IMG/VR virus record: IMGVR_UViG_3300023283_000076 | Span: 160,001-224,000 of that record | Direction: 5' to 3' (one strand) | DNA length: 64,000 nucleotides | Source of the DNA: a virus | Taxonomy: Duplodnaviria; Caudoviricetes | In this document: positions 62,473-64,000 of the stretch, one piece after another | Layout: each line of letters starts with the position of its first letter | How positions within the stretch are numbered: position 1 is the first letter of the stretch | Notes under the pieces: generated by a model | Seen by the model: the letters and a program-made list of their open reading frames with translations, nothing else | What the model was told of the DNA's origin: nothing | The model's database searches: none | Program-made: the position numbers and the translations under genes

Positions 62473-63999
62473 TTACTTTTCTACAACATTTGAGAATCCA
62501 TTTTTGAGTTCGATTTCTACACGTTCGTTGAAAGAACTTTTAATTTCATCTCGATGTGATATTACAAACATTGATAGTTTATTATTTTTAGCGACATCCT
62601 TGATGACTTTTAGAGTCTTTTTAACTCCAACATTACTTAAGCCAACATCTAAACATTCATCTAGAATGAAAAGATTTATGAAATTATGTTTTGATTGAAG
62701 AACATCTCTAAACGCTAATGAAAGGGCAATATTGATTCTAGCCTTTTGACCGGATGACAGATTAGAATAGGAAATCTCGTTGCCAAATTGACTTATTTCT
62801 GTGGATAGATCAGAAGTAAATTTAGCTTTATGTGGAAGACCCATTAAATTTAGATAGTTTTTTAATCTTTTATTCAAGAAAGGAAGGTATTTGTCCATTA
62901 ATGCTTTACGAATAAATGAATCCTTTTTCGTAAGTAGTTTAAGTAGAAACTCTTGATGTTTAATATCTTCAATTAAAGTATTTATTTCGTCATCTTTCCC
63001 TTTCTTAGGCTCATATTTAGATAGAGATTTAAGCACTTTATCATAGGGGTTATTTTGTTCTTCGAGATATTTAAGTTTATCTTCTAGACCAGATTTCTTA
63101 TTTTTCATCTTGAATAATTCTTCTTCGGAGGTAAATAAACACTCTTCTTTTATATTATTAAACTTCTCCTTCTTTCCTTTCTCTTTATCCCGCAGATTAT
63201 CTAGCAAATTTGTGAGATGATCTATTTCATCACTTTTATCTTCGTATGGGTTATTAGATTCTTCCAAAGATTTGATGTCTTTCTTCAACTGGTTCTTCTT
63301 TGTAACATAACGTTCAATTTCTACCAATGATGAAAACTCTAGGGAAGATTTTAAGTCTTCGATACTTTCCCCTACAGATTTGATATTTTCGTCAAATGAG
63401 GCCAATTTTTTTTCGAGATCATTTTTGGAATTACCCAAAGATTTTATATTTGATTCTACATCTTTTAGTTTCCTTTTAGCATCCTCATAATCCTGCAGAC
63501 AATAAGGGCATTTAGATTTTTCTAATTCCTTTTTTTCATCAGATAGATCATTTATCGATTGATCTATCTCTTCGTATTCACTCTGTAATTTTTTTTGTTT
63601 TATTTTATGATCTTTTAATGTAGTTTCATTTTCTTCTACAGATTCTATTATTTTTTTCTGTTCGTTCAATTTTTTTGCGGAAATAGAATAATCGGATAAT
63701 TCATTCTTTTTCAATGTAATATTTTTTTCTTTATCTGATTCAAACGAATTGGCTTTGTTGGTTTCTTCTTGTATTCTTTCAAGTTCATCTGCTGTAGATT
63801 TTACCTCTCTCCTGATATCATCTAATTCTTTTTGTGTGTTTTTAAGATTCCTTAAAGATTCTAGTTCTAAATCAAAATTTATTTCACCTAGAGCTTTAAT
63901 ATTATCGTTAATATCGTTAATTTTCTTTTGAGTGGATTCTATCCATTCTGCATGATCACGTTTAGCCTCTTCAAGCTGTTTAATATGTCTTGAATGTTC
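62473..63999 (-). CDS. Recombination endonuclease ATPase subunit (T4 gp46/SbcC/Rad50-like), 5'-truncated by the window edge
   Basis: Coiled coils, CPYC Zn hook, LSSGQKARI, FILDE, VISH; frame is open to the window end. Confidence 0.93.
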   Translation of the reverse strand, partial: EHSRHIKQLEEAKRDHAEWIESTQKKINDINDNIKALGEINFDLELESLRNLKNTQKELDDIRREVKSTADELERIQEETNKANSFESDKEKNITLKKNELSDYSISAKKLNEQKKIIESVEENETTLKDHKIKQKKLQSEYEEIDQSINDLSDEKKELEKSKCPYCLQDYEDAKRKLKDVESNIKSLGNSKNDLEKKLASFDENIKSVGESIEDLKSSLEFSSLVEIERYVTKKNQLKKDIKSLEESNNPYEDKSDEIDHLTNLLDNLRDKEKGKKEKFNNIKEECLFTSEEELFKMKNKKSGLEDKLKYLEEQNNPYDKVLKSLSKYEPKKGKDDEINTLIEDIKHQEFLLKLLTKKDSFIRKALMDKYLPFLNKRLKNYLNLMGLPHKAKFTSDLSTEISQFGNEISYSNLSSGQKARINIALSLAFRDVLQSKHNFINLFILDECLDVGLSNVGVKKTLKVIKDVAKNNKLSMFVISHRDEIKSSFNERVEIELKNGFSNVVEK

Positions 64000-64000
64000 T

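Noticed and set aside
63712-63931. TTG start of gp46 at 63714 and the + ORF at 63749
   Set aside because: The minus frame is open to the window edge, so the true start lies outside; the + ORF is a shadow.

Overview
A 64-kb, AT-rich (roughly 30% GC by eye) segment of a T4-related jumbo myovirus genome. The gene set and style resemble RaK2/XacN1/Atu_ph07-like jumbo phages; this is an inference from memory, not a search result. Left to right: partial thyA; a 1852-aa mosaic virion fibre-like protein (PT linkers, DUF285/BspA repeats, WD40-like propeller); a convergent late-promoter-driven glycosylation cluster (GT60-like GlcNAc transferase, pyruvyltransferase, two GT-A/HtrL-like genes) interrupted by a Hef-like endonuclease; NUDIX; RNase H; sliding clamp; a family-B DNA polymerase split into two genes by a split Ser1/Ser+1 intein; a degenerate 2OG-Fe(II) oxygenase; head-internal and head-completion genes; GroES; tail tube, sheath and gp15-like genes; a GC-rich protease/IPT/LamG mosaic protein; a 3396-aa virion protein; the baseplate cluster; a gp26/gp51-like pair joined by a candidate -1 frameshift; RuvC; a promoter-bounded, hairpin-dense 600-nt non-coding region; a DinG-like helicase; small early genes; and a partial gp46/SbcC. 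The main candidates for new biology are phage-encoded mucin-type O-glycosylation of PT-rich virion proteins, the split-intein polymerase, the frameshift, and the structured non-coding locus. All family calls are from motif recognition by eye; no searches were run.
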